Shown here: piece by piece, positions 1 through 10,841 of the stretch | Numbering within the stretch: position 1 is the first letter of the stretch | Layout of the letters: every line of letters begins with the position of its first letter | Assembly (NCBI GenBank): GCA_034110895.1 | Contig: JAWUYH010000025.1 | Location: 671 to 64,670, forward strand | DNA: 64,000 nt | Direction of reading: 5' to 3' | Source of the DNA: Gammaproteobacteria bacterium | GTDB taxonomy: Bacteria > Pseudomonadota > Gammaproteobacteria > Nitrosococcales > Methylophagaceae | Made by a program: the position numbers and the translations under genes | The notes under the pieces: model-generated | Databases searched by the model: none | What the model was told of the DNA's origin: nothing | Seen by the model: the letters and a program-made list of their open reading frames with translations, nothing else

Positions 1-707
1 TTATCAGCCTATGGGCTGGAACCATTTCGACCGTGCACAAGTAAATGTAGATGATTAGTTATTAGACGTTACCATGAATTTTACAGCCATATTTTGTTAC
101 ATATTATTTCAACCATATTAAATATAATTGATAGCCTTTATCAGAAAAAAATAAGCTGGCCGATTATTACTCAGTTGGGTGATATGTAAAGTGGTATTGT
201 AAGTATTGAACTTACACGGCCCTGTGTAATTCAAAACCATAGAGACTTGACTCCTTAAAGGCATTATAAGGAATGGTCTGTCTCTTATTGTTTTTTCCAT
301 TTTTGGTTTGGTGCTTTTTAGTCTAGTACATGAGTCTCTCAAGTAGGCGAGTTCAGTTTTATATTGACAGCAGTAGGGTTAAATTCGAACATTATCAGCC
401 AAAATGCATGTCAAATGATTATTGCTGGTATTGCCAATCCCTTAATGCGTCTCTCTAGTTACACTATCCTTTAAGAAGTTATCATCACAAGGTTGAGCAC
501 CGTAAGCTGGAAAGTTATAAAAGAAAATTAAAATATGTGAACCCATAATACGATTTTTATATCTTTTATTAATAAAAGGTATAGAATTCTCGGAAATTAA
601 GCCTGTCGGTTCTACTAAGATCAGAAATTTAAGTGTTTCAGTAGGTTGGCGTACAAGTGGCTATGATGCTTTATTATGAAATTTACTTCTTTTCTGGGTA
701 TTCTAGA

Positions 708-1205
708 ATGGCCGATATAAATGAATCTGTAGTTGTTGGATGGCGTGAGTGGTTAAGTTTGCCTGAGTTTGGTGTTGTGGCAATAAAAGCCAAAATTGAT
801 ACTGGGGCTAGAACATCAGCTATCCATGCTTTTTCCATTGAACCTTTTGAAAGAGAAGGTGAGTCTTGGGTTCGTTTTGGAATGCACCCTAATCAACATG
901 AATCAGAAACCGAAATATGGTGTGTATCAAAGATCCTTGAGCAACGTAATGTAATAGATTCGGGCGGGCATACCGAACAACGCTATGTCATTAAAACTGA
1001 TGTAACTCTGGGTGAATCAACATGGGCTATCGAGGCTACCTTAACTAATCGTGATTCGATGCTATTTCGCATGTTATTAGGTAGAACAGCCATGAGTTCT
1101 GGAAATATCATTGTTGATCCTGCCCTGTCCTACTTAGCTAGGCAGCGTAATAGTACAAATATTCAAGATCCACTAAAAGAGACTCTTGAGGGAGAAACAG
1201 AATGA
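708..1205 (+). CDS. RimK-associated retropepsin-like protease family protein ('ATP-dependent zinc protease' family, RimB-like)
   Basis: ORF 657..1205. VVGWREW...[14 protein letters not shown] motif is typical of this family. Its stop overlaps the rimK start (ATGA at 1202). Start placed at ATG 708 (MADINES...); the upstream GTG 657 would add an unlikely leader. Confidence 0.7.
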   Translation: MADINESVVVGWREWLSLPEFGVVAIKAKIDTGARTSAIHAFSIEPFEREGESWVRFGMHPNQHESETEIWCVSKILEQRNVIDSGGHTEQRYVIKTDVTLGESTWAIEATLTNRDSMLFRMLLGRTAMSSGNIIVDPALSYLARQRNSTNIQDPLKETLEGETE

Positions 1206-2107
1206 AAATAGGTATTTTGTCTAGAAACCCAAAATTGTACTCTACAAGTCGTTTGGTTGAAGCAGCTGAAGCACGTGGTCATGAAGTGCACGTCATTGAT
1301 GTGTTACGTTGTTATATGAACATCACTTCAATGAAGCCAGAAGTACACTACAAGGGGCAGAATTTAACTGATTTTGATGCGGTTATTCCACGAATTGGTG
1401 CATCAATTACCTTTTATGGCACAGCAGTATTACGCCAGTTTGAAATGATGGGCGTATATCCATTAAGTGAATCAGTTGCCATCAGTCGCTCGCGAGATAA
1501 ACTGCGTGCACTGCAGTTACTCTCACGTAAAGGAATTGGACTGCCCGTGACCGGTTTTGCACATAGCCCAGATGATGTCGAAGATTTGATTAAAATGGTT
1601 GATGGCGCACCATTAGTCATTAAATTACTAGAGGGCACGCAAGGCATTGGCGTTGTTTTAGCCGAAACTAAGAGTGCAGCAAGCAGTGTTATTGAAGCTT
1701 TTATGGGCTTGAAAGCTAATATTCTTGTGCAAGAATTTATTAAAGAAGCAGGTGGTGCGGATATTCGTTGTTTTGTTGTGGGTGGTAAGGTGGTAGCTGC
1801 AATGAAACGACAAGGTCAAGAGGGCGAATTTCGTTCAAATATTCATCGTGGCGGTTCTGCGAATCTTATTCGAATTACCCCTGAAGAACGATCAACAGCA
1901 GTGAGAGCGGCTCAAACAATGGGGCTTAATGTGTGTGGTGTTGATCTATTACGCTCTAATCATGGCCCTGTTGTAATGGAGGTAAACTCATCACCTGGTC
2001 TACGTGGGATTGAAGGAGCAACAGGTAAAGATATTGCTACACTGATTATTGAATTTATTGAAAAAAATGCGAAAGCAGGCAAAACCAAAACACGGGGTCA
2101 CGGATAA
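1202..2107 (+). CDS. rimK: Ribosomal protein S6 L-glutamate ligase (ATP-grasp)
   Basis: N-terminus [29 protein letters not shown] closely parallels E. coli RimK. ATP-grasp layout and 301 aa length fit. Confidence 0.93.
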   Translation: MKIGILSRNPKLYSTSRLVEAAEARGHEVHVIDVLRCYMNITSMKPEVHYKGQNLTDFDAVIPRIGASITFYGTAVLRQFEMMGVYPLSESVAISRSRDKLRALQLLSRKGIGLPVTGFAHSPDDVEDLIKMVDGAPLVIKLLEGTQGIGVVLAETKSAASSVIEAFMGLKANILVQEFIKEAGGADIRCFVVGGKVVAAMKRQGQEGEFRSNIHRGGSANLIRITPEERSTAVRAAQTMGLNVCGVDLLRSNHGPVVMEVNSSPGLRGIEGATGKDIATLIIEFIEKNAKAGKTKTRGHG

Positions 2108-3169
2108 GTGGATACGCTTGATCTATTAACTATTGCCGATCAGAATATTCCTTTGGGTGCAAACCTGATAATTGATGTTCCATTGCCTGACTTGTATATG
2201 CATACTTCATTGAGTATGCCTGTACAAGTGATTCGTGGACATCGAAAAGGACCAACACTCTTTATTTCAGCTGCCGTACATGGTGATGAAATAAATGGTG
2301 TAGAGATTATTCGTCGCCTAGTTAAAAGCAAAGCATTAAAAAACCTCAAAGGTACAATAATCACTGTCCCTGTGGTAAATGTGTATGGCTTTATTAATCA
2401 AAGCCGTTATTTACCCGATCGCCGAGATTTAAATCGTTGCTTTCCTGGCTCTGGTCAAGGTTCACTGGCGGGACGACTGGCTAATCTATTTATGGCTGAA
2501 GTAGTGCAAAAGTGCACACATGGGATCGACTTACATACAGCGGCAATTCATCGGGATAATTTGCCTCAAATTAGAGCTGACATATCTAATCCAAAGGTTG
2601 ATCTTTTAGCACGGGCATTTAATGCACCGGTTGTACTAAATTCTGGTCTGATTGAGGGTTCTTTACGTCATGCTTGTCACGAGATAGGGGTGCCAGTTAT
2701 TGTTTATGAAGCTGGCGAGGCACTTCGCTTTAATGAGTTGTCGATTAGGGCTGGTGTTAAAGGTATTCTAGCCGTTATTCGTGCGCTTGACATGCTGTTA
2801 CCTATAAGTAAGAAAGCAAAAAAAATATCAGAACCCTTTGTTGCCCGTTCTAGTACTTGGGTGCGAGCACCAAAAAGTGGAATGTTTCGCATGTTAATAC
2901 CAATGGGTGCACAAGTAAATAAGGGTGATTTACTGGGTATTGTAGCCGTGCCTTGTGGCAATGAAAATACTGAGGCATCAGTTATTGCATCTTATTCGGG
3001 CATTATCATTGGGCGAACTAACTTACCTTTAGTTAATGAAGGTGAAGCCTTGTTTCATATTGCACGATTTAATGATCCAGACGAAGTTGCTGATAGTTTG
3101 GAAGCCTTTCACTCATACCTTGATCCTGCAACAGATACAGCATTGCCAGAAGAACAACCTATTATGTAA
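2108..3169 (+). CDS. Succinylglutamate desuccinylase/aspartoacylase (M14-like zinc hydrolase) family protein
   Basis: GTG start one nt after the rimK stop. Motifs HGDEINGVE and DLNRCFPG are typical of the AstE/AspA family, which is commonly linked to rimK. Confidence 0.75.
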   Translation: MDTLDLLTIADQNIPLGANLIIDVPLPDLYMHTSLSMPVQVIRGHRKGPTLFISAAVHGDEINGVEIIRRLVKSKALKNLKGTIITVPVVNVYGFINQSRYLPDRRDLNRCFPGSGQGSLAGRLANLFMAEVVQKCTHGIDLHTAAIHRDNLPQIRADISNPKVDLLARAFNAPVVLNSGLIEGSLRHACHEIGVPVIVYEAGEALRFNELSIRAGVKGILAVIRALDMLLPISKKAKKISEPFVARSSTWVRAPKSGMFRMLIPMGAQVNKGDLLGIVAVPCGNENTEASVIASYSGIIIGRTNLPLVNEGEALFHIARFNDPDEVADSLEAFHSYLDPATDTALPEEQPIM

Positions 3170-3368
3170 GGGCGCAGAACAATAGAGGACGCCTATGGTT
3201 TAATTTGTTACTTTTAGGTTTATAAAAATCTTATAGCTGCACGACAAACCAACATGGTCCATAAGCAGTCTACGGGGAAAGAACACAATTAATTGGCGAT
3301 TATCCTATTGATTTTAAGTTAAATTACTGAAGGTTTTTCAAAATAATTGCATCAAATTCTTATGCTGA

Positions 3369-3664
3369 ACACATACAGGCTGCTTATACCCTACGACTGC
3401 CTTAGTGATTGAGCTCGTGATGACCTTTATGTTTCTGATGACCATTTTAGGTGTGACGGATAAACGAGCGCCAAAAGGCTTTGTATCTATTACTATTGGA
3501 TTTACTTATATACACTTTATTAGTATTCCGGTGATCAATACATCCCTTAACCCGCACAAAGTACGGGCGCTTCTCTTTTTCAAGGTGATTGGACTGTTTC
3601 TCAATTATGGCTTTTTTGGATTGCACCGATAGCTGGAGCAATTTTAGCTGGGATCGTCTATTGA
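3369..3664 (+). pseudogene. aqpZ: Aquaporin Z remnant (C-terminal ~45% only, with a 1-nt frameshift)
   Basis: [10 protein letters not shown]...[11 protein letters not shown]...[12 protein letters not shown] matches the AqpZ C-terminal half. The frame breaks in the second NPA box (~3551-3554). The next frame reads [37 protein letters not shown]. No N-terminal half is present upstream. Confidence 0.75.
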
Positions 3665-3707
3665 TGACTTGGCACAGAAGAGAATTCTTCGAAAGGGTTA
3701 AACCCAA

Positions 3708-3749
3708 CCCTTTACAGATGGTATTACTACCGCTGTAAAGGGTGTTTTC
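3708..3749 (+). terminator. Hairpin (10-bp stem ccctttacag/ctgtaaaggg) followed by a T-rich tract, downstream of the aqpZ remnant
   Basis: Perfect 10-bp inverted repeat at 3708..3717 / 3733..3742, then tgttttcg. The loop is long (15 nt), so it is only moderately terminator-like. Confidence 0.4.
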
Positions 3750-3849
3750 GTTAACAATTTAGCCGGCTTAGCTCTTTTACTCTGTTTCTCAATAATATGA
3801 TGTCTACTTTCTGTAAGTAAAAAGATATCCCTTTCAGGGAGTCCACTTT

Positions 3850-4911
3850 TTATTTAAGTAAGGGAAGTGTATTTAACATCTTCTCACAATAATCCCATTC
3901 ATCTAATGTCTCTTTCCACTCTAATGGAATGGCATCGACACCCTTGTATGCTCCCAACACCATGCCAATGGCAATCGCTCGTGACGCATTGTCTCCACCC
4001 ACCATGGTATTTGCTTGTAGAGCTTTTTTAAGTCCATCTGTATCGTTTTCATATTTTAGTATGAAGTAGACCGCGCCAGGAAGTGTTCCTTCTGTAGGAC
4101 TGGCTTTACCTACTTTTATCGGTTCTGAGCGACCTACGTCCCACAGTCTTGCCATGCTGGTAATGGCAAGATCATCTGCAAACTGCTCCTGCGAAAGTGG
4201 CGAGTTTTCATCCATTGCTTCTGTTACTTTTGCAATTGCCTGAGCGACTTTATCTTGAAAAAAATCGTCCATTTCTAAAGCTACAGACTCAATTGCATTA
4301 GAGGGGCTTTTGCCGTTAATGACACGATGAGTGACACGAGCAAAAAACTCGCCACCACCTAGGGCATGAACATCTCTATGAGTAAACATACTTTTTCTGG
4401 CAACATCAACCACTTCCTCTTCAGTATCGTAGTAGGCATGTGCTGCTGTATGACGTATCGCCATCGCATTAGAAATGCCACCCAGACGATCAACAGCTAC
4501 ACCCTGTTTTACTTGTGAATAGGTTTCTCTAGTCATCGTACATATCCAAGAACCCCAGCCGTTTTCTAGACGATTGATCCAATGAGGGATCATATCGCTG
4601 ACATCAAAAGGTATTGGGCTAACCGAAAGAGATGCCAAATACTCTAAAACCAAGATGTTGTAATCGCCAGAATCGGTTGTGCCACCGGCTTTTTTACCTG
4701 GATGGTAGTTACGCTGTCCCCAGCCAATTCCATGTGTTTGACCCCCCATCAATTCACCTGGTGACATATACTTTTCTATTGGTTTATTACCATAAGCTTC
4801 ATAGATTTTTTCAGCATCATATTCATAATGACTTCCAAGACAAAGTGCATCAGCGACTATTGCGCCAAAAAAAGCACCTTTTATTCTTTGTTCTTTTGAA
4901 ACATTATTCAT
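3850..4911 (-). CDS. ADP-ribosylglycohydrolase family protein
   Basis: 353-aa ORF. N-terminal RIKGAFFGAIVADALCLG and C-terminal GGDNASRAIAIGMVLGA resemble the conserved metal-binding segments of the DraG/ARH family. Confidence 0.7.
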   Translation of the reverse strand: MNNVSKEQRIKGAFFGAIVADALCLGSHYEYDAEKIYEAYGNKPIEKYMSPGELMGGQTHGIGWGQRNYHPGKKAGGTTDSGDYNILVLEYLASLSVSPIPFDVSDMIPHWINRLENGWGSWICTMTRETYSQVKQGVAVDRLGGISNAMAIRHTAAHAYYDTEEEVVDVARKSMFTHRDVHALGGGEFFARVTHRVINGKSPSNAIESVALEMDDFFQDKVAQAIAKVTEAMDENSPLSQEQFADDLAITSMARLWDVGRSEPIKVGKASPTEGTLPGAVYFILKYENDTDGLKKALQANTMVGGDNASRAIAIGMVLGAYKGVDAIPLEWKETLDEWDYCEKMLNTLPLLK

Positions 4912-5664
4912 GATTTATCCTAGTGTTTTTTGTTAATTGTAACGGGGTGAATATTTTATTTCATCAATTAATGAGATCAGGGTTCGTTGTTGATTACCTT
5001 AAGATGCTAGATAGCGCTAGCGTGGCTTGTGTAATAAAAAAACCTTTAAAGGGCAGCCAGCAGTCATTGATATATTGTGCTTTATATTTGAGTAATTAGG
5101 GTAATGCTTTAATGAGGTAATAAAAATCAGTTCAGTCGTTAACTCTATGGCGCTAGCAGAAATTAGACAAGTCTAGCAAATTAAACGGAGTATTTAAGAA
5201 TTATAGAGTTTATTAGACCAGTACAACGGGACTATTTTTTGCAGAAGTTTTAGTTTAAATAAATAAAAGTGGTCAACACTCCGTTTTAGTATCTGTTGGG
5301 GTTCTGATGTGTTTTTTGGGGACAGGGGTAGAGTCAAAATAGCAAAGATTACTGTTTTTTATGTGAGAGTATATTGGTAGTTGATATTCAATAAAAAATG
5401 GGTAGCTAATAGTTTGTTTGGCTCTAATACGACCTTATCTATTGGCCTATGCTGCTATCACAATGAAATACTTATCGTTAAAACTTGGCCGCTGAAAGCC
5501 ACATTAGGTGCAGAATTCGAACTTTCATAGAATGACCGCTACTAAAATCTTGATTATGACTAGTGTAGCCAGCAATCTTTCGTAGACTTTGCTAACATTA
5601 GCCCTGAAAATTTAAGCGTTTATTTAAGCCTAAGTTCTATTCGTTAATTTAAAGGAATGCTTGC

Positions 5665-6576
5665 ATGTCACAGCATGACATTGAACAAATTTTAAAAGCG
5701 GTCAATGCGATTATTGTTGGCAAAACTAAACCAGTGAAACTTGCTCTGACTTGCCTATTAGCAGGTGGCCATTTATTAATTGAAGATCTTCCTGGTGTCG
5801 GTAAAACGACGTTGGCACATACCTTAGCTAAAACACTGGGTTTAAGTTTTCAGCGCATTCAATTCACTAGTGATATGTTGCCTGCTGATATTCTTGGGGT
5901 CGCTATCTTTAATCGTGATAACCAAGAGTTTACGCTTCACAAAGGTCCAATATTTAGCCAGTTAATATTAGCTGATGAGGTTAATCGAGCGACACCAAGA
6001 ACACAAAGTGCCTTATTAGAAGCAATGGAAGAACACCAAGTTACAATAGAAAATAAAACCTATGATCTGCCTGATCCTTTTTTTATCATTGCTACTCAAA
6101 ATCCGTCAAATCAAATAGGGACATTTCCATTACCTGAATCTCAACTTGATCGCTTTTTGATGCGAATTGAACTGGGTTATCCTGATGCAGAAGCTGAACG
6201 AGGATTATTGTTAGGTAAAGATCGCCGGCAATTGGTCCACGATCTATCTGCCGTTATTGATCAAAGTCAATTGAAATCCTTGCAAGATGAAGTAAGTAAA
6301 ATCCATGTCTCGCCCGCCTTAGTTGATTATATTCAAAAGATATTAGCGTATACACGTAATTCAGGTCAGTTTATTTATGGCTTATCGCCACGTGCAGGCA
6401 TTGCCTTATTGAGAGCAGCCCAAGCATGGGCATTGATTGCACAACATAAACAAGTATTGCCTGAAGATGTGCAAGTTGTTTTGCCAAATGTGATCGCTCA
6501 TCGTTTACATCTTCGAATAGAAAATGCGTCTAATGATTTTATAACTGATCTGATTAATGCTATCGCCATTCCGTAA
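5665..6576 (+). CDS. MoxR-family AAA+ ATPase
   Basis: Walker A LPGVGKTTLA, Walker B ILADEVNRA, and ATQNP...PLPESQLDRF are typical of MoxR/RavA-class ATPases. Confidence 0.9.
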   Translation: MSQHDIEQILKAVNAIIVGKTKPVKLALTCLLAGGHLLIEDLPGVGKTTLAHTLAKTLGLSFQRIQFTSDMLPADILGVAIFNRDNQEFTLHKGPIFSQLILADEVNRATPRTQSALLEAMEEHQVTIENKTYDLPDPFFIIATQNPSNQIGTFPLPESQLDRFLMRIELGYPDAEAERGLLLGKDRRQLVHDLSAVIDQSQLKSLQDEVSKIHVSPALVDYIQKILAYTRNSGQFIYGLSPRAGIALLRAAQAWALIAQHKQVLPEDVQVVLPNVIAHRLHLRIENASNDFITDLINAIAIP

Positions 6577-6581
6577 CAGCT

Positions 6582-7553
6582 ATGACACTCTACTTTAGTC
6601 AACTCTTTCAAAAATTCAATACACTGCGGGGGCGACGTATATTTATAGTGCCCACCCGATTTGGCTTTGTTTATGCTGGCTTTCTGATTCTAATATTATT
6701 GGGGGCGATTAATTATAGTAATAGTCTTGGCCATCTTCTTTGTTTTTTGTTGGCGAGTATGGGCTGGGTGGTCATGCATCACAGTTATCGTAATGTCGCT
6801 AAAGTTGAATTGATTGATGCTAATGCCGATCCGGTATTTGCAGATCAGGCAATAAACTTTAAGCTGATTATTGAAAACCGTTCTCATAACACCAGTTACC
6901 AAGTGCTGTTGGCAAACAAACAATCTATATCAACGTCATGGAATTTATTTAAACGTTGGGGTGGCTTTACTGATAGTTTCACTATTGCACGGCTAAATAG
7001 TATTGAAAAGACGGCGGTAAATTATCGTATTTCAAGTTTGCGTAGAGGTTATCAAGTATTAGGGCAACTTCGTGTTGCAAGTCAGTTTCCTGTCGGCCTG
7101 TATAACACATGGAGCTACTTCAATAGCGATGCTAAAGCTCTTGTTTATCCAATGCCTCAGGGCGAACTACCATTACCTAAATCTAGTGATCCTGGCGGTG
7201 AAAGAACGGATCTAAATCAGAAAGGCGATGATGACTTTTCAGGATTAAACAACTATCGATTAGGTGATCCACTTCATGCCATTGCATGGAAAGCATTAGC
7301 CCGAGATGATGTGTTACGCATTAAACAATTCAGCGGCTATCAGGGAGGCCAGTTAATGTTGTCTTGGCAGGATGTTATTCAACTTTCTAATACTGAAGCT
7401 CGATTATCACAGTTATGTAAATGGGTCCTGCAAGCAGATGAAGCTGGACTAAACTATGGCTTAAACTTACCTAATACCTCTATTGATTATGGATATGGCA
7501 ACCGTCATCGTCATACGTGTTTATCTGCCTTAGCTTTATACGAAAATGAATAA
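6582..7553 (+). CDS. DUF58 domain protein (MoxR partner)
   Basis: N-terminal TM segments. DDFSGLNNYRLGDPLHAIAWKALAR is the DUF58 signature region. Lies directly after MoxR and overlaps the next gene by 8 nt. Confidence 0.75.
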   Translation: MTLYFSQLFQKFNTLRGRRIFIVPTRFGFVYAGFLILILLGAINYSNSLGHLLCFLLASMGWVVMHHSYRNVAKVELIDANADPVFADQAINFKLIIENRSHNTSYQVLLANKQSISTSWNLFKRWGGFTDSFTIARLNSIEKTAVNYRISSLRRGYQVLGQLRVASQFPVGLYNTWSYFNSDAKALVYPMPQGELPLPKSSDPGGERTDLNQKGDDDFSGLNNYRLGDPLHAIAWKALARDDVLRIKQFSGYQGGQLMLSWQDVIQLSNTEARLSQLCKWVLQADEAGLNYGLNLPNTSIDYGYGNRHRHTCLSALALYENE

Positions 7554-9540
7554 GTCTCAGCCCTCTAATAATTCTCTGCTGTGGCTGATGACTGGGCTTA
7601 CACTGGGTGCGATTCCTCATTTCATCTATCAGCCCATTTGGGTTTCGCTGATGTTCATAACGATGGTCATTTGGCGAATAATGGCCATTAAGCAGATGTG
7701 GCCTTTACCAACTAAACGGCTTTCATTACTAAAAGTTTTACATCTTACCTTTGCTGGAATAACATTCTTATTACTGTTTATCAGTTACGGCAATATAATC
7801 GGTCGCGATGCTGGTGTGGCTTTACTGACTGTTATGCTCGGTTTAAAACTAGTTGAGATCCAAAATCATCGTGACTATTATATGAGTTGTTTCCTTGGCT
7901 ATTTTCTGGTGGTTACAAACTTTTTTTATTCACAAAATATTCCTACCGCAATCCTAATGATTGTGGTTGTCGTCATTATGACGGCCAGCCTGATCAGCTT
8001 AAACGATGGTAAAAAATCTTTATCCAATAAAGGACTAATCAAACTAGCTAGTCAGATATTGCTACAAGCTATTCCTTTAATGTTGTTGTTATTTGTATTA
8101 TTTCCCCGAATTCCGGGACCACTATGGGGCTTACCTCAAGATTCTCATTCTGGCATAACCGGTATGGATGACAGTATGACCTTAGGTAATATAAGTGAGC
8201 TTATCTTATCTGATGAAATTGCTTTTCGGGTTAAATTTGATGGTGATATTCCTCCACCTTCTGAGCGGTATTGGCGAGGTCCAGTTCTCTGGCAAACCGA
8301 TGGTACTACTTGGACGCCACTCAACAACAATGATTTGATGTCAACTAAAGTAAACTTTACCACCAGTGGAGACGAGTATGCATACACGACTACGCTTGAA
8401 CCACATAATAAATCTTGGTTATTTGCCCTCGACTTTCCAAGCAAACAACCGATTTCACCCATTAGCCATTATAGTTATGATGGTCAATTGCGTAGCCTTC
8501 TACCAATTAATCAACGTCAACAAATACGTTTAAAATCAAACACTCAATACCGCTTAAATGCTAACAAAGATGACTATATTGATGTTGCTTTAACCTTGCC
8601 TGAAGGCATACATCCACGTACTAAACAACTTGCGAAATCTTGGTTAAAACAAAGCAGCGAACCATTGCAACTAGTCAATATCGCTTTAAGTTATTTCAAT
8701 CAAAACCAATTTTATTACACCCTAAGACCACCTAAATTAAGTGGAGATAGCATCGATAGTTTTTTATTTGAAAGTCGTCGTGGTTTTTGTGAACATTATG
8801 CTGCCAGTTTCACCGTTTTGATGCGTGCGGCTGGTGTACCGGCTAGAGTCGTCACTGGCTACTTAGGAGGAAAGATTAATCCAGTTGATGATTTCCTAGT
8901 GATTAGACAGCGTGACGCTCACGCATGGGCAGAAGTATGGATTCAAGATCAAGGCTGGAGGCGAGTGGATCCCACATCGGCTGTATCACCGCAACGTATT
9001 GAACAGGGAATGAGTACTCTTATGCCGGCAGGATTTAATACACCTTTATTTATGGCAAACAGTCGAAACTTAATAGATTTATGGCGGCAGGTTCGCAACA
9101 ATTGGGATGCACTCGATAATATTTGGAATCAGTGGGTTTTAGCTTATGGCCCCGAACTTCAAAAAGAGTTTTTACAAAAGCTAGGCATGGCAAAGGCTGA
9201 TTTGCAAACGATGGTGTTATGGTTAGTGAGCGGCTTTGTTGTTATTTCACTTATTATCAGTTTTTATTTGTTTTATCATTTACCTAAGCGAGATCCTGTT
9301 TCAAAATTATATTATATTTTCTGTAAAAAAGCGGCACGAGCAGGCGTAGTAAGGTCAAAATATCAAGGTCCACTTGATTTTTCTATGCTATTAAAGCTGC
9401 AATATCCCCACCTCAATAAGCAGATTGATCATATTACTTCACTCTATATTGAGCTACATTATGGTAAAAAAACTGCTTCGGTATCAGATTTACAGCAGGC
9501 AATAAAACAATTGAAATTCACTCAAACAAGGCGTAATTAA
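7546..9540 (+). CDS. Transglutaminase-domain membrane protein (TgpA-like, DUF3488 + transglutaminase core)
   Basis: Multi-TM N-terminal half. Core GFCEHYAASF...RDAHAWAEVW...RVDPT gives a Cys-His-Asp triad. A C-terminal TM segment is present. Confidence 0.8.
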   Translation: MNKSQPSNNSLLWLMTGLTLGAIPHFIYQPIWVSLMFITMVIWRIMAIKQMWPLPTKRLSLLKVLHLTFAGITFLLLFISYGNIIGRDAGVALLTVMLGLKLVEIQNHRDYYMSCFLGYFLVVTNFFYSQNIPTAILMIVVVVIMTASLISLNDGKKSLSNKGLIKLASQILLQAIPLMLLLFVLFPRIPGPLWGLPQDSHSGITGMDDSMTLGNISELILSDEIAFRVKFDGDIPPPSERYWRGPVLWQTDGTTWTPLNNNDLMSTKVNFTTSGDEYAYTTTLEPHNKSWLFALDFPSKQPISPISHYSYDGQLRSLLPINQRQQIRLKSNTQYRLNANKDDYIDVALTLPEGIHPRTKQLAKSWLKQSSEPLQLVNIALSYFNQNQFYYTLRPPKLSGDSIDSFLFESRRGFCEHYAASFTVLMRAAGVPARVVTGYLGGKINPVDDFLVIRQRDAHAWAEVWIQDQGWRRVDPTSAVSPQRIEQGMSTLMPAGFNTPLFMANSRNLIDLWRQVRNNWDALDNIWNQWVLAYGPELQKEFLQKLGMAKADLQTMVLWLVSGFVVISLIISFYLFYHLPKRDPVSKLYYIFCKKAARAGVVRSKYQGPLDFSMLLKLQYPHLNKQIDHITSLYIELHYGKKTASVSDLQQAIKQLKFTQTRRN

Positions 9541-9600
9541 CCTCATTACAATACTAATGACGTTGTCAGCTACTACTTGAAATAGGATGAATTATTTTTC

Positions 9601-10233
9601 TTATCGCTGACATTCTGCTTGGTATAATTCCATTGCTACTGAGCGTCTAAGCGGATTCCCTTCTAGACGTTGTACTTCAGCTGAAAGTTGCTTACATTTC
9701 GCAGAAGTTTTACTCAGCGATTTTACTTTGATGTCACTAGATGCGTTTGGCTCATTAAACATTATTGATGACGATGGATTAGGTGTTGACAGAACGCTTG
9801 CAGTTGACGTTGAACGCTCACTTTCCTCAGCCCACTTTCCCTGTTGATTGCACAAGTTTACAAACGTTGTACTCGTCAATTCTCCAGCAGTATTTATAAA
9901 TCTAGTGTTACGGCAATAATGGTTATCACTTTTGTCGGTGGTTAATATGGTTATCACACCTGCATTTGAGGTTTCTTTGTTCTTCCATACATGACTAGAA
10001 CCATCTGAACTTTTGTCTAAGGCTTCTTTTGCTGTTTCTTTTAATAGTTTCCAGTCGCTTTCAGTTAGGCGAGTCAGGGCAGACTTATCCTCTAAATTTA
10101 GGTTTAAATCGAGTACATCAGCTTGGCTTGTTAAAGTCATTATAGTGAGTACGATTGCGAATGTAGTTTTAGATATAAATGAGTGCACAGTAATTCCCAG
10201 AGAGTATTCAGCGTTTGAAAAATGTAAGCCCAA
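9601..10233 (-). CDS. Secreted hypothetical protein with a surface-antigen-like Cys-containing domain
   Basis: A signal-peptide-like FISKTTFAIVLTIMTLTSQA suggests the true start may be GTG at 10188. HVWKNKETSNAGVITI...YCRNTRF...LCNQQGKW resembles 17-kDa surface-antigen-type domains. Function unknown. Confidence 0.45.
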   Translation of the reverse strand: MGLHFSNAEYSLGITVHSFISKTTFAIVLTIMTLTSQADVLDLNLNLEDKSALTRLTESDWKLLKETAKEALDKSSDGSSHVWKNKETSNAGVITILTTDKSDNHYCRNTRFINTAGELTSTTFVNLCNQQGKWAEESERSTSTASVLSTPNPSSSIMFNEPNASSDIKVKSLSKTSAKCKQLSAEVQRLEGNPLRRSVAMELYQAECQR

Positions 10234-10391
10234 TATACCAGATAATATGGTTTAGGTAATTACACAGCAATATGTAATGACAGGCAAGCCACTGATGATT
10301 TATAGAATCTTTAGTGCATGTTACTACTCAAGTCTGATAGGTCTATGTTGTCACAATAGCCAGTTGTTTATATTGTAATGCTAAGTTGTTA

Positions 10392-10841
10392 TTAAGAGAT
10401 ATCTTCAATTTTATTTAAATAAGCTTCATATCCTTGGTCGACCATTTTATCTTTAGGCACAAAACGCAATGAAGCTGAATTAATACAATATCGAAGACCA
10501 CCTTGATCTTGAGGCCCATCAGGAAAGACATGACCCAAGTGGCTGTCAGCATGTGTAGAGCGAACCTCAGTACGAATCATGCCGAGAGTATCATCCGTAA
10601 TTTCATTGACATTAACGGGATCGATTGCCTTAGTAAAACTTGGCCAGCCGCAGCCAGAATCAAACTTTTTAGATGAGGCAAATAAGGGCTCACCGGACAC
10701 AATATCAACGTATAAACCCGGCAAGTTGTTATTCAGTAATTCACCGCTGCCTGGATGTTCGGTCCCATTTTGTTGAGTGACTCGGAATTGCTCCGGCGTT
10801 AAGCTTGAAATCGCTTGTTTAGATTTTTGATAGTTGTTCAT
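10392..10841 (-). CDS. msrB: Peptide-methionine (R)-S-oxide reductase
   Basis: SelR/MsrB motifs [21 protein letters not shown]. 149 aa. Confidence 0.92.
   Translation of the reverse strand: MNNYQKSKQAISSLTPEQFRVTQQNGTEHPGSGELLNNNLPGLYVDIVSGEPLFASSKKFDSGCGWPSFTKAIDPVNVNEITDDTLGMIRTEVRSTHADSHLGHVFPDGPQDQGGLRYCINSASLRFVPKDKMVDQGYEAYLNKIEDIS

Noticed and set aside
2-58. Open frame at the left edge (...YQPMGWNHFDRAQVNVDD*), possibly the 3' end of a plus-strand gene
   Set aside because: Only 18 codons are visible and no motif is recognisable. Too short to support a feature.
118-342. 74-aa minus-strand ORF in the first intergenic region
   Set aside because: Low-complexity, Lys/Thr/Asn-rich, with no RBS or homology recognisable. 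Probably a chance ORF in AT-rich DNA.
1414-2961. Minus-strand ORFs inside rimK and the AstE-like gene (1414..1647, 2140..2364, 2704..2961)
   Set aside because: Antisense shadows of conserved genes.
3405-3707. ORFs 3405..3632 (+) and 3447..3707 (-) considered as small genes
   Set aside because: The plus ORF is one frame of the broken aqpZ remnant, and the minus ORF is its antisense shadow.
4912-5664. 750-bp divergent intergenic region between the ADP-ribosylglycohydrolase and MoxR genes, examined for repeats, small genes or RNA motifs
   Set aside because: Nothing recognisable by eye beyond AT-rich promoter-like DNA.
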